A model generated the notes under the pieces. It did no database searches. It was not told the origin of the DNA and worked only from the letters and a program-made list of their open reading frames with translations. DNA of 64,000 nucleotides from Octopus vulgaris (lineage: Eukaryota). This document shows positions 1-11,963 of this stretch, in pieces. The stretch is from assembly GCA_951406725.2 (NCBI GenBank), contig OX597821.1:112654001-112718000 (forward strand), given 5' to 3'. Position numbers and translations under genes: made by a program. The stretch's first letter is position 1; each line of letters begins with the position of its first letter.

Positions 1-183
1 CACCACCACCATAATCGTCACTACCACCACCGCCATCACCACCACCACCACAACCACCACCACCAGCCGCATAAGAATCATAACCATTGCCGTCATCTTC
101 AGAATGTGTTATGAGAAGCATTTATCGCCATCGCAACGCTTTCATCATCACCGTCATCACCATCTTTGTCATCACCATCTTTG

Positions 184-226
<43 letters not shown>

Positions 227-390
227 TATCAACAACAACATTATCCTCATCCACATCTTCATTATCGCTATACTTCTCTTGCTCCTCCTCCTCCTCCTCC
301 TCACCCTCCTTTTCTTTCTAGTTCTCTTCCTCTTCCTTCTCTTCCTCCATATCATCATCATCATCATCATCGTCAACTTCATCGTCACTC
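1..390. repeat. Compound (CAC)n/(CAT)n/(CCT)n microsatellite
   Basis: Direct reading; explains the poly-His and poly-Ile ORFs. Confidence 0.95.
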
Positions 391-591
391 ACATCTACCA
401 GGCATTTAGCCACAGCGGCAGTTGTCAAAGCAACTGGTTGCTCTGACGGTGGTGGTGGCGGCGGCGGCACAAGTGGTGAAAAAGAAATATGGCGCTGACA
501 GCTTTTGGCGCTGATGAAGATTTTTGCCGCTGACAGTTAAAAGCTGTACTGAGTGATTGCTCTGGCATCATTATAAACGAAAAAGAGAAAC

Positions 592-641
<50 letters not shown>

Positions 642-937
642 CATACACGCACATATTCATACATACACATACATATATTCGTACACTCATACATACACAC
701 ACACACATACATACATACATACACATACATACATACATATACATACATACATACATACATACATACATACATACATACATACATACATACATACACACAT
801 ACATACACACATACATACATACCTACTGACGTACATACATACATACATACATACATACATACATACATACATACATACATACATACATACATACATACAT
901 GCATACATACATACATACATATATAGAAACATACATA
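592..937. repeat. (AGT)n followed by (TACA)n microsatellite
   Basis: Direct reading. Confidence 0.95.
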
Positions 938-1290
938 CTGGGGTATGTAACACACTGCCTAAATACCATTCTTGAGAAATTAGGCCTCTCAAAACCAGAA
1001 AGGAGAATGCTAATTCGAAGACTACAGATCCAATCCATCACTGGAACTGTAAAAATCTGTGAAACTTTCCAGAAGTTTATCATTTAGATATATATGAACA
1101 TGTCTAGATATGCAACTATATGCGTGAGAATACATACTTAAAACAAACCATACAAATCTGCGCATACATACATACTAACAAAAATACCTTGTTGTTGATG
1201 TTGAAATTCCAATGAAAGACCCTTGGATCTAGGTTAGAAACCGGTTCTTTTTCTATTTGCAAGAAGTCTTGAAATAAAACTAAATAATGA
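938..1290 (+). mobile_element. 5'-truncated R4/Dong-type RLE LINE, family A (TACA-flanked): C-terminus and 3' UTR
   Basis: Encodes LGYVTHCLNTILEKLGLSKPERRMLIRRLQIQSITGTVKICETFQKFII*. Near-identical to the end of 28002-29177. (CATA)n on both sides. Confidence 0.85.
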
Positions 1291-1342
1291 CATACATACA
1301 TACATACCCTGCTGTTGATGTTGAAATTTCAATGAAGGCGCC

Positions 1343-1798
1343 TTGGATCTAGGTTAGAAACGACAGATATAATGATTTGGGATAGAGAAGAGAAACTGTG
1401 CACAGTTGTGGAAACCAGTTAACATACGGCTGAAGATCAATAAAAAAGGACACTTATGCTGATCTATTGAGAAATCTGCAGATACTCTATTCAGATTTCA
1501 AGTTGAGGTTTATACCAGTAAATTATTGGGGCAATGGGATATGTAACACACTGCCTAAATACCAATCTTGAGAAATTAGGCTTCTCAAAACCAGAAAGGA
1601 GAATGCTTATTCGAAGACTACAGATCCAATCCATTATTTGAACTGTAAAAATCTGTAAAACTTTGCACAAGTTTATCATTTAGATATATATGAACATGTC
1701 TAGATATGCAATTATATGCATGAGAAGACATACATAAAGCAAAACATACAAATCTGTGCATATACAAACATACATACATACATACATACATACATACA

Positions 1799-1832
<34 letters not shown>

Positions 1833-2236
1833 CATACATACATACATACATACATACATACATGCATGCATGCATGCATACATACATGCTTACATACATA
1901 CATATAAACATACATACATACATACATGCATACATATATACATACATACATACATACATACATACATACATACATGCATGCATGCATGCATGCATACATA
2001 CATGCTTACATACATACATATAAACATACATACATACATACATGCATGCCTGCATACATACATACATAAATAAATAAATACATACATACATACGTACGTA
2101 CGTACATACATACATACATACATACATACATACATACATACATACATACATACATACATACATACATACATACATACATACATAAAAAATACGCTGTTGT
2201 TGATGTTGAAATTCCAGTGAAGGAGCCTTGGATCTA
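1343..2236 (+). mobile_element. Second family-A RLE LINE fragment with an expanded internal (TACA)n
   Basis: DIMIWDREEKLCTVVE (PD..D/E endonuclease region) through the stop at ~1683, then a 3' UTR interrupted by (TACA)n at ~1766-2183, then a truncated tail. Confidence 0.85.
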
Positions 2237-2389
2237 AAAAAAACTGAACAAGAGCACTCAGAGAGTACAAACCTCTGCCAAGGCAACACCAACGTCTTGT
2301 CAACGATTTGCCAGAGAGGATTTTTAAAATGAGAATATCTGATATCAACTCGACTGCTCTCACAAACGAGAATACTGCTCTCAGAAAGT

Positions 2390-2570
2390 AAGTAAAAAAA
2401 ACAGGAAAAATAATCCAGAAGCCTTGTCTGGTGCCGGATCGATCCCAATATCTAGTCAGTTCGTGCCAGTCACGAGTCCAAATTTCCTTGAAAAATTCAT
2501 CCGAATTCACGGACAAACAAACAAACATAACTGAAAACAATACCTCTGCCTTCGTTAAGGCGGATGTAAT
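2390..2570 (+). mobile_element. Helentron/DINE-like non-autonomous element, 3' end
   Basis: (ACAA)n followed by GAAAACAATACCTCTGCCTTCGTTAAGGCGGATGTAAT, a terminal hairpin of this class. Confidence 0.5.
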
Positions 2571-2596
2571 GCTGACATTATATACATACATGCACT

Positions 2597-2862
2597 CTCA
2601 GCTTCTTACCTATCATTATTGGAGCAATAGGATACATACCAACCTGTCTGGAGCAAAATGAGGCTGAATTTGGGAACGTGAGGAGAGAATGCAAGTCCTT
2701 AATTCATAAGCTGAAAATGATCACGATATCTGGGGCTATAAAAATCTGCAAAACCTTTTTCAAGATTTAAAGGTCAATCGTTAAAAAAGGAAACTTTTCT
2801 TCACAACTATGCTACCAAGTTAGTGGCCGGTCAAAACTAACTCTAAATTAAAACCAGAAAAC
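2597..2862 (+). mobile_element. RLE LINE 3' end, sister family of A, TACA-flanked
   Basis: SFLPIIIGAIGYIPTCLEQN...RECKSLIHKLKMITISGAIKICKTFFKI*, then (CATA)n. Confidence 0.7.
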
Positions 2863-2889
2863 GCACATACATATATACATACATACATT

Positions 2890-3103
2890 GGTTTCAAATT
2901 TTGGCGCAGGGCCAGCAATTTCGGGGTAGAGCGTAAGTCGATTACATCGACCCCAGCTTTCAATTAGTACTCATTTTATTGATCCCAGAGGGATGAAAGG
3001 CTAAGTCGAAAGTGACGTTATTTGAACTCAGAGCGTAAAGGCGGACGAAATGCTGCTAAGCATTTCGTCCGGCGTGCTAACGATTCTGCCAGCTCACCGC
3101 CTT
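2890..3103 (-). mobile_element. tRNA-derived SINE with Nin-like central domain (family N)
   Basis: Head AAGGCGGTGAGCTGGCAGAA, B box GAGTTCAAAT and central CCTTTCATCCCTCTGGGATCAATAAAATGAGTAC. Confidence 0.8.
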
Positions 3104-3365
3104 GTATGTAAGATGAATTAAAATACAGTTTTATATTTAAAAAAAAAATGGAGACCACCTCCTTCTGTGGGGTGAAGTTAAAATAACAGACAGAGAACAC
3201 CACTTGAAAATACGAAAACTAAAAGAAGCAGCACATATGCTAGGATACAACAACCTCCTAAGCAGAACGAGTACAGATATGAGCAGCATATGGGAACCGG
3301 TATTAAGGAAGGATAGGAGAATATTAGATTTATAAGCCCTAAAATTCACTCCATAATTGCCCACA

Positions 3366-3438
3366 GGCATATGACGTGGTGGTAAAGAGCGCAGGCTACT
3401 AACCCCAAGATTCCGAGTTCTATTCCAGGCAGTGACCT
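3366..3438 (+). promoter_or_regulatory. tRNA-like segment with Pol III A and B boxes
   Basis: TGACGTGGTGG (A-box-like), anticodon-like loop CT-ACT-AA, GAGTTCTATTCC (B-box-like). The acceptor stem is imperfect, so this is not called a tRNA gene. Confidence 0.6.
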
Positions 3439-3496
3439 GAATAATAGCATCGAAAAATACCTTAGGAATGAGAACCCAGGTTCGAAATTTCCCCAA

Positions 3497-3542
3497 GACA
3501 CCTGAAGAAGGCTGGAGGGTATATCAGCCGAAACGTTGTGTT
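3497..3542 (+). ncRNA. Minimal type-I hammerhead ribozyme
   Basis: GACAC-CTGAAGA-A-GGCTG[10 nt]CAGCC-GAAAC-GTT-GTGTT: stems I and II pair, the core is intact, and stem III is the palindrome AACGTT. Confidence 0.85.
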
Positions 3543-4247
3543 AACAACAAACAAATGAGGACAAATATTCCTCAAATGTAAATAATGTAGATGAATTAAA
3601 ATGTTATGGTAAGTGTTTGCTCAACGAAAGTTATTAATTTTCGTTTCCTTACTTAGTTTTTCCCACCTACGCATTTTATCAGTGGCGACATTTTTCCAGA
3701 AGCTCTGAAACTGAGAGGCACTCGAGGGATGGGTGAAATCTTGTTTCGAGATCACTATCTTCGGTATGTTTTATCAGATATGTATGTATGTATATGCATA
3801 TGAATATATTAATGTCTAATAAATATTTAATTGATAATATATATTAAGTGTGTATGTAAAATATATGATATATCTATATACGCGTATACATGCGTATCTG
3901 TATGTGTGTATGTATGTAAAATCTGATAAAATGTACCCAAGATAGCAATCTCGCTTCATGTTTGCAGTTTGTTTCAGTCAGTAATACGGCAAGCAAAGAA
4001 TACTTGGCACCAAATATTTTAAAAGACCTCGAACGCAAGATTGATCACGTGGGCAAGAACGAGAAGAACTGGTGTGATACGACCACGCTGACATCTAACG
4101 AGGGGTGGGAAAAAAGTGGTAGTATTATTTATCCACGATTCTACGTGTTTCATTTGCTAATAGAAGTTACAAAATCGACCGTGTACGTATCTCTTATTAG
4201 AAATTCTTCGGACAGAGAATCTCGGGGACCCAGCTTCGATTATAACC

Positions 4248-4280
<33 letters not shown>

Positions 4281-4282
<2 letters not shown>

Positions 4283-4478
4283 ATGATAGATCCATATAGA
4301 TAATCGTTAGCCACTACACACATTTTTTCTCTCCTTGTTTTTTCTGTGTCCCTTTCTGTAGAAAAGCGTAGGCTCGAAACGTAAAATACTTTTTCTATTC
4401 CTGAGCATTATACTAATACATACATCTGTTTGTTTTGTACACCACCTGTCTTCGTCCTTTTTTTATTTCGTAAACTCT

Positions 4479-4481
<3 letters not shown>
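4281..4481 (+). mobile_element. ~200-bp (TA)n-embedded element with a variant hammerhead (4352-4387)
   Basis: CTTT-CTGTAGA-A-AAGC[GTAG]GCTC-GAAAC-GTA-AAAT. Second copy at 43760-43948. TA repeats on both sides. Confidence 0.75.
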
Positions 4482-4530
<49 letters not shown>

Positions 4531-4939
4531 TAATGTGAGTTTAGAGGGATATATTATCTGGGTAGATACCGTGGTGGCTCTCAGGTATATTCCAGATTAC
4601 GGCTAACTGCATCGATTAGTATTTACTGTCAATGACTACCATGAGTTGTCAGTCACACTTTAAATTCTTTATTTGAATAATTCCGTGTGTTCGCTTCTCT
4701 GGATGGCAGTATTATCTGGAGTGTATATAAGCAATAGTTATAACGATAGAGAACATGGAAACTTGTTTATCCTCAAAATTTATTTCCTTTTAATTTGCTA
4801 TTTCATACAACATATATTCATGTTTATTACGACTTAAACAGAGTATGGGCGGTTGCACATGAAACCGGGCATAGTTTTTTTGTGCAGCTCCGTTCAGGGT
4901 GTCTCCACCCAAGAATTTGCTTCGAGACTTACTAATGGA

Positions 4940-5334
4940 TGGATGGATGGAAGCACTCCGTCGGTTACGACGACGAGGGTTCCGGTTGATCCGAATCAAC
5001 GGAACAGCCTGCTCGTGAAATTAACGTGTAAGTGGCTGAGCACTCCACAGACACGTGTACCCTTAACGTAGTTCTCGGGGATATTCAGCGTGACATAGAG
5101 AGTGACAAGGCCGGCCCCTTTGAAATACATGTACAACAGAAACAGGATGTAAGAGTGAGAGAAAGTTGTGGTGAAAGAGTACAGCAGGGATCACCACCAT
5201 CCCCTGCCGGAGCCTCGTGGAGCTTTAGGTGTTTTCGCTCAATAAACACTCACAATGCCCGATCTGGGAATCGAAACCGCGATCCTATGACCGCGAGTCC
5301 GCTGCCCTAACCACTGGGCCATTGCGCCTCCACT
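4940..5334 (-). mobile_element. Full-length tRNA-derived SINE (family R) with (CCAT)n tail
   Basis: Head GGAGGCGCAATGGCCCAGTGGTTAGGGCA...GGTTTCGATTCC. 15-bp TSD AGACTTACTAATGGA at 4925-4939 and 5335-5349. Confidence 0.9.
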
Positions 5335-5577
5335 AGACTTACTAATGGAGAGACCATGAACGAAGCTACACAGAAAATTATGCCCGGTTGGATGTGCAGC
5401 TGGCCATACTGTGTGCAGTGGCAACACGCGTAGGTCGTAATATCCATAAAAATATGGCGTATGTGAGTGTGAAATAAAAGTGAATAAATTTTGGGGATGA
5501 ACGAGTCTCCATATTCTATATCGTTATAATTATTGCTCACACACACACACATACATATATGCACACACGTGTGTGTA

Positions 5578-5612
<35 letters not shown>

Positions 5613-5754
5613 CCGCACTTACATATATGTATACCTATATATATGAAGGTGAGCATTAAATATATACATTATGCGAACCCCACACATAGAAAACACGTGC
5701 TCACATGATCAACTCCCTCAATACACAAGCATATGAACATTACATATATACACC

Positions 5755-6480
5755 ACGGGTTTCTTTCAGTTTCCGTCTCTCAAATCCACTCACAAGGCTT
5801 TGGTCGACTCGTGGCTATAGTAGAAGACACTTGCCCAAGGTGCCACATAGCGGGACTGAACTCGGAACCATGTGATTGAGAAGGAAGCTTCTTACCACAC
5901 CACACCCACTTCTGTGCCTATTACTCACAGCATTTAAACTCTGAACGTAAAGAGCCAAAAGGAAATGACGCTAAGAATTTGGTCCGACGCGACAGCGATT
6001 CTGCCAGTTCGACGACTTCATAATAATAATAATGGTTCCAAATTCTGGCACAAGGCTAGCAATACTGGGGGCGGGGTTAAATCGATTACATCGACCCTAG
6101 TATTTATTCAACTAGTGACTTATTCTATTGACCCCTAAAGGATGAAAAGCAAAGTCGACCTCGGTGGAATTTGAACTCAGAACGTAAAGACGATCGAAAT
6201 GATGTTAAGCGTTTTGTCCGGCGTACTAATGATTATGCTAGCTCGCTGTGTCTTGTAGTTTTTAAATAATACTCTTTTCTACCCTAGGTACAAGGCCCGA
6301 AATTTTGGGGGAGCGGGCCAGTCGATTAGATCGACCCAGTACGCAATTAGTACTTAATTTATCGACACTGAAACGATAAAAGGCAATGTCGACCTCCGTG
6401 GAATTTGAACTCAGAACGTAAAGACGCTACGCTAAGCATTTTTTCCGGCGTGCTAACCATTCTGCTAGCTCGCCGTGTCG
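5755..6480 (-). mobile_element. Cluster of SINE fragments (one family M head, three family N copies)
   Basis: Similarity to full copies elsewhere in the window. Confidence 0.8.
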
Positions 6481-7459
6481 TGTAGTTTTAAATAATACTA
6501 TCGCACAATAAACACTTCGCCGTAAGTGATTTAAGTAAACTAAATAGATTTAGTTATTCAGAATTGAAAAGCTTATGTTGTTTCTATCGAAATAAACATA
6601 TAAATAAGATGACGATATAGTTGAAATATACGAGGTATCTTTTAAATTGTTGCTATTATTGAAAAGTAAGCAATCTCGGTGACTGCAAAGCTGATAAATT
6701 AAGAGAAGTGAAAGAGAAGCTATTAAAATATTTTTGTCTCAAAGCTTACAATGATACAAATTCTCAGAAGTGTTAGAAAAATATGAGAAATATTGATTAA
6801 ATCTGAAGAATCTTTAGTGATATTAACAAATACGTGGAGTGTAGAATGTAAGTAATTTTGTCTTCAAAGAAGATAATATTAGATACAGTCTCAATCTTAC
6901 AAGAGTCGAAGTTAGCTTTTCATTCATCCGGAAGTCGATAAACCAAGTACCAACAATACACTCGGGGGCCTTTAATTGACTATACTCTGAGCTTACGAAA
7001 ATCCAACTTTATTACTAGCCCAATAAAATCAATATTTCCTTTAAAAAAAAATCGAAGCTTATTTACAAGTGATACGAATAGGTTTCAGTTTGAGTGTGTC
7101 ACCAATTCGATACGTTTATGTAGCTAATACCCTGGAGAAAAGTGTGGATATTGCGAAATTCTTACTCTACGTGGCTTTGAACTAAACTAGAAAATTAATA
7201 TTTTCTCATAAGATGTCACATCCCAAAACCAATGTAGGAGTTGAGTTTTAAATTACGTTTTTAGTCATAGAATGTTGTTACTTCAGTTCTAAGCAGAATC
7301 AACAATTCCATCAAGAGACTGAGACTTGATAAATTCATTCCTGCTAAGACCATAAATGCTTAGTGGTTAGGGTGTTGCACTCACGATTGCGAGATCGCGG
7401 TTTCGATTCCTAGACCGGCCGTTGCGTTGTGTTCTTTAAGCATGGCACTTCATTTCACG

Positions 7460-8010
7460 TTGTTCTGCGATCGGTTTCTTTTTGCCGAACCGCTAGTTTA
7501 CAGAGATCTAAAAACACCAACACCGGTTGTCAAACGGTGTTGGGGACAAACACAGATGCAAAAACACAGACACATACATACACACATACGCACACACAAA
7601 CAAACAAACACACACACACACACACACACATATGACGGGCTTCTTTCAATTTCCGTCTACCAAATCTACTCACAAAGCTTGGTCGGCCCGAGGCTATTGC
7701 AAATGTCACTTGCCCAAAGTGCCGCGCATTGGGACTGAACCCGGAACCATGTCGTTAGGAAGCAGGCTTCTTAGCGCACAGGCACGCCTATATATATATA
7801 TATATATATATATACGCACTTTTATTTGTTTCAATCATTTGACTGCGGCCATTCCGGAGCATCGCCTTTAGTCGAACAATCGACCGCAGGACTTATTATT
7901 TGTAAGCCTAGTACTTATTCCATCGTTCACTTGTGCCGAACCGCTAAGTTATGGGGACGTACACACTCCAGTATCGGTTGTCAAGAAAGGATGGAAGGAC
8001 ATACAGACAT
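7460..8010 (-). mobile_element. Two partial family M SINEs
   Basis: Match to 11754-12185. Confidence 0.8.
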
Positions 8011-8011
8011 A

Positions 8012-8053
<42 letters not shown>

Positions 8054-8109
8054 CATATATCTAAATATACACACACACACACACATACACACACACGCAC
8101 GCACACGCG

Positions 8110-8182
<73 letters not shown>

Positions 8183-8189
<7 letters not shown>

Positions 8190-8968
8190 CAATAAAAGGC
8201 TTCCTAATATAGAAGTGCTGTGCTAGAAACACAAAAAGGGGATAAATTCATGAAAGGAATGAAAATTAAAACCGTTTACCATCTCAGCTAATCCTAGACC
8301 GACGGTTTCATCTATTTTTAGCAAACAAACAGAATTTATCTGCCAAGGCAAGAATCATCAGTAGGGAGCCTTCGTAATCCTAGATGTACAGACCGTTAGA
8401 AGCACATGAAAATCTAACGATTTGTATACCCTAACTTTTCAAACCAGTGCGCAGTCGCAAATCATACCCGGCGACAGAGAGGATGCCGGTAAAAAATTTA
8501 CGAGCAAATTTATCAGGCAATATTTAAACATAGTAAATAGGGTAATAGTAAATAGGCTTTGGTCGGCCCAAGGCTACAGTGGAAGAAACTTGCCCAAGGT
8601 GCCACCCATGAGGACTGAACCTGGAACCAGGAGGCTGGGAAGCAAGCGTCTCACCACACGCCCATGACTTCTCACCATTAGGATTACGAAGGCTCCCTAC
8701 CGATGATTCTTGCATTGGCAGATAAATTCTGTTTGTTTGCTAAAAATAGATGAAACCGTCGGTCTAGGATTAGCTGAGATGGTAAACGGTTTTAATTTTC
8801 ATTCCTTTCATGAATTTATCCCTTTTTGTGTGTCTAACACAGCACTTCTCTATTTGGAAGCCTTTTATTGTATTTCTATATGAATAATATATAGTCTAAT
8901 GACTAATTCGTCTTTTGTGCTGGGTCACTGGTAATAATAATTTATTTTTTATTACTCTATTTACTATG

Positions 8969-8972
<4 letters not shown>
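8183..8972. mobile_element. Fold-back insertion with ~200-bp inverted arms, each carrying a hammerhead motif
   Basis: Arms at 8183-8382 and 8679-8877. Flanked by (TA)n(GA)n and (TA)n. Confidence 0.8.
8293..8365 (-). ncRNA. Type-I hammerhead candidate with an enlarged stem-II region
   Basis: CCTA-CTGATGA-[44 nt]-GAAACC-GTC-GGTC-TAGG. The plus-strand copy at 8696-8768 has CCGATGA (U4C). Confidence 0.65.
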
Positions 8973-9063
<91 letters not shown>

Positions 9064-9077
9064 CATACATACATACA

Positions 9078-9125
<48 letters not shown>

Positions 9126-9297
9126 GTAGAAAAATACAAACTGGGACAAGAACGTAAAACATTTAGAAGACGATACATTTAGAAGACGATATATAGCGGC
9201 GTCCGTACCTTCTTTGGCCTTGTCTCCTTGGTGTTTCATGTTCTTGTCCATGTTTGTACTTATTTTTTACTGTTTACATATATATATGTATATATAT

Positions 9298-9651
9298 ACG
9301 ACAGGTTTCTTTCAGTTTCCATCTACTAAATCCACTCACAAGGCTTTGGTCGGCCTGAGGCTATAGTAGAAGACACTTGCCTAAAATGCCATGCAGTGGG
9401 ACTGAATCCGAAGCGATGTGTTTGGAAAGCAAGCTTCTTACCACACAACCACGCTCGACTGGTACTTAATCTCTCGACCCCGAAATATATGACGGGCTTC
9501 TTTCAGTTTCACTCTACCAAATCCATTCACAAGGCTTTGGTCGGTCCGAGGCTACAGTGGAAGAAACTTGCCCAAGGTGCCACGCAGTAGGACTGAACCT
9601 GGAACCAGGAGGCTGGGAAGCAAGCGTCTTACCACCCGCCCATGACTTCTC
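9298..9651 (-). mobile_element. Two family M SINE 5' halves
   Basis: Match to the family M head. Confidence 0.8.
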
Positions 9652-10433
9652 CTCACTATTAATTAAATTAGTTTCTCTGAAATATTTGTAATCGGCAGAA
9701 ATACTAAAATAACGTTTACTAATTAAAAGAGGGTAATTAGGCGTTTTCGAAATAACTTAAAGAATTTAGGTTGATAGCATCTGTTATTTACTAACAGAAT
9801 TTCTAAAATTTTAAATACTAACATCGCCCAACCACTCCCAGCAAAATGGGAGAAGCAAAAAAAAAAGGCGTTGGAATCCCAGTAATTTTTTGTGTTCCAA
9901 CCCTTTTATTTTTTTGCAAATGTTTTTTTAATATCTTCTCCATTTCTAATATCGCTAAGAATCTAATGTCAAGAATATCTGGATGGAATTCCAGGTTTTC
10001 TGTCAATCAGTGTATGATACATCAATGTTGGTTGTCTTATATGGAAACTTGATAGATAGATAGATAGATAGATATGTTTCTTTATTAGCCACACAGGGCT
10101 GCACACAGACGGAAGATAGATAGATAGAAAGGAAGTAAGAGATAGAGAAAAGGGAGATATACAGAGGAAGAAGGAAGGACGAAAAAGTCGAAGAAGAGCG
10201 AGTGATTAATTGATCAAGTAAAGAATCAGTCAAGTACTGGATCGGTCTAATCCAATATGTCCATCCTTCACCAAACTTGAAACCTGGTGCCAATGTTGAA
10301 TCAGTATTCTATAGGCGCAGGCGTGGTCGAGTGGTAAGATGTTTCCTTCTCAACTGTCTTTCTCGATTGCCTCGGGCTGACCAAAGATGTGTGAGTGGTT
10401 TTGGTAGAGTAACTAAAAGAAGTCTGTCTTAAA

Positions 10434-10644
10434 CAGTTATCCGCCGCAATATCGCGGTCCACATATCGCGGTTTAATATTTAAGCTTACGTCGATTCCTC
10501 TGTGGAGTTTTTTTGCATTTATAATAAAATAAATATATGTAATTTTAGAAAAATATACAGTACAGTACTGTTTCTACTTCGCGGATTTTCAGTTATCGCG
10601 GTAGGTTTTGGAACGTAACTCCCGCAATAGTCGAGGGATTACTG
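10434..10644. mobile_element. Tigger/pogo-like MITE
   Basis: Imperfect TIRs CAGTTATCCGCCG...CGAGGGATTACTG followed by TA. Confidence 0.6.
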
Positions 10645-11271
10645 TATGTATATGTATATATATATATACACACACATACACATATGTGTGTGTGTATGTG
10701 TGTGTCTTTGTGCCTGTGTTGGTATTTGTTTTTCACTACTGTGTCGGTGACAGTTCGGCAAAAGTGACCGATAAAATATGTAGTAGGCATAAGGTCTAGG
10801 GTCGATTCGTTCGAATGAAAATTCTTCAAGGTGGTGCTTCAGCAAGGCCGTAGTCTTATGACTGAGACAAGCAAAAGATAAAAGATAAAAGAGTAAAACT
10901 CTTTATAGAATAAACAGAAACACCGTGGTCGCGTGTTCGAATTAGACATTCTACCGTGTTTAGCTTCGCGCCTTTGTAATGTTGATCTCCTGTGTTATTT
11001 CTCGTTGCCAGATGGTTGAGTTTGATCAGATTTGCCGGTCTCTGTCCCGCCTTTCATCTTGATTCTCCTGCATAGTATTCGGGAGGTCAGCAGGGTAACG
11101 ATCATCTGTCCACATAGGACTGGCAAATGAGTTTTACTGGTCAGCCTACGAACGTATATCCATAACGAAGTGTAGCTAACCGTGCATCACGGTTCCTGCT
11201 TAACTCTCCAGCAATGTTTTACAAAACCCATGTGTCTCTTTTTAATTACAGATTCCAAGACTGCCACACCG

Positions 11272-11906
11272 TCTAAAGTAAGGGTTCTCGGCCATTTTTT
11301 TTATCTATGAACCCCTTTGATTACTACTTCATTCCGGCGAACCCCTTATAGCCACTTGATGTTTAAAAACTAGTTTCATAGAAACTTCTTTCCAAATTCC
11401 TATTTTGTTTTTCCCCCATTAACTTGTAAAATGTTAGAGAAAGAAACCTAACTATATCTTGCGATAGATACCAATACATACATCTAAAGCAGGAGTTCTC
11501 AAGCATTTAAAAAAAATCTATGGACTCCTTTGATCACAATTTTATTCTGGCGAACCCCCATTCAATGTTTAAAAACTAACTTTATAGAATTTTTATTTTA
11601 TTATTCACACATTAACTTGTCGTAGGTTGAAGCATGTAAAAATGTTAGAGAAAGAACCAGGCTGTTTCTTGCAATACATATCAACACATACATCTAAAGC
11701 AGGGTTTCTCAACCGTTTCTTTGCTTACCATTTCATTCTGGCGAACCCCTATAGCCGTGTGGTAAGTAGCTTGCTCACCAACCACATGGTTCCGGGTTCA
11801 GTCCCGCTGCGAGGCACCTTGGGTAAGTGTCTTCTACTATAGCCTCGGGCCGACCAATGCCTTGTGAGTGGATTTGGTAGACGGAAACTGAAAGAAGCCC
11901 GTCGTA

Positions 11907-11963
<57 letters not shown>

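Larger units (their letters stand above)
3125..3588 (+). mobile_element. Penelope-like element 3' end: GIY-YIG C-terminus, tRNA-like segment and hammerhead
   Basis: Frame 3147-3335 reads NGDHLLLWGEVKITDREHHLKIRKLKEAAHMLGYNNLLSRTSTDMSSIWEPVL, matching the H..W..V.I...E....R...EA...W.P.L pattern. Flanked by a 14-bp duplication AGATGAATTAAAAT (3111-3124, 3589-3602). Confidence 0.75.

Noticed and set aside
498-547. CTGATGA at ~511 and an ACAGCTTTT/AAAAGCTGT hairpin
   Set aside because: No matching GAAAC or stem I, and the ~12-bp stem is too short for a pre-miRNA call.
5255-5334. tRNA genes at SINE heads (also 3366, 14258)
   Set aside because: The cloverleaves are incomplete and continue into SINE or TE bodies.
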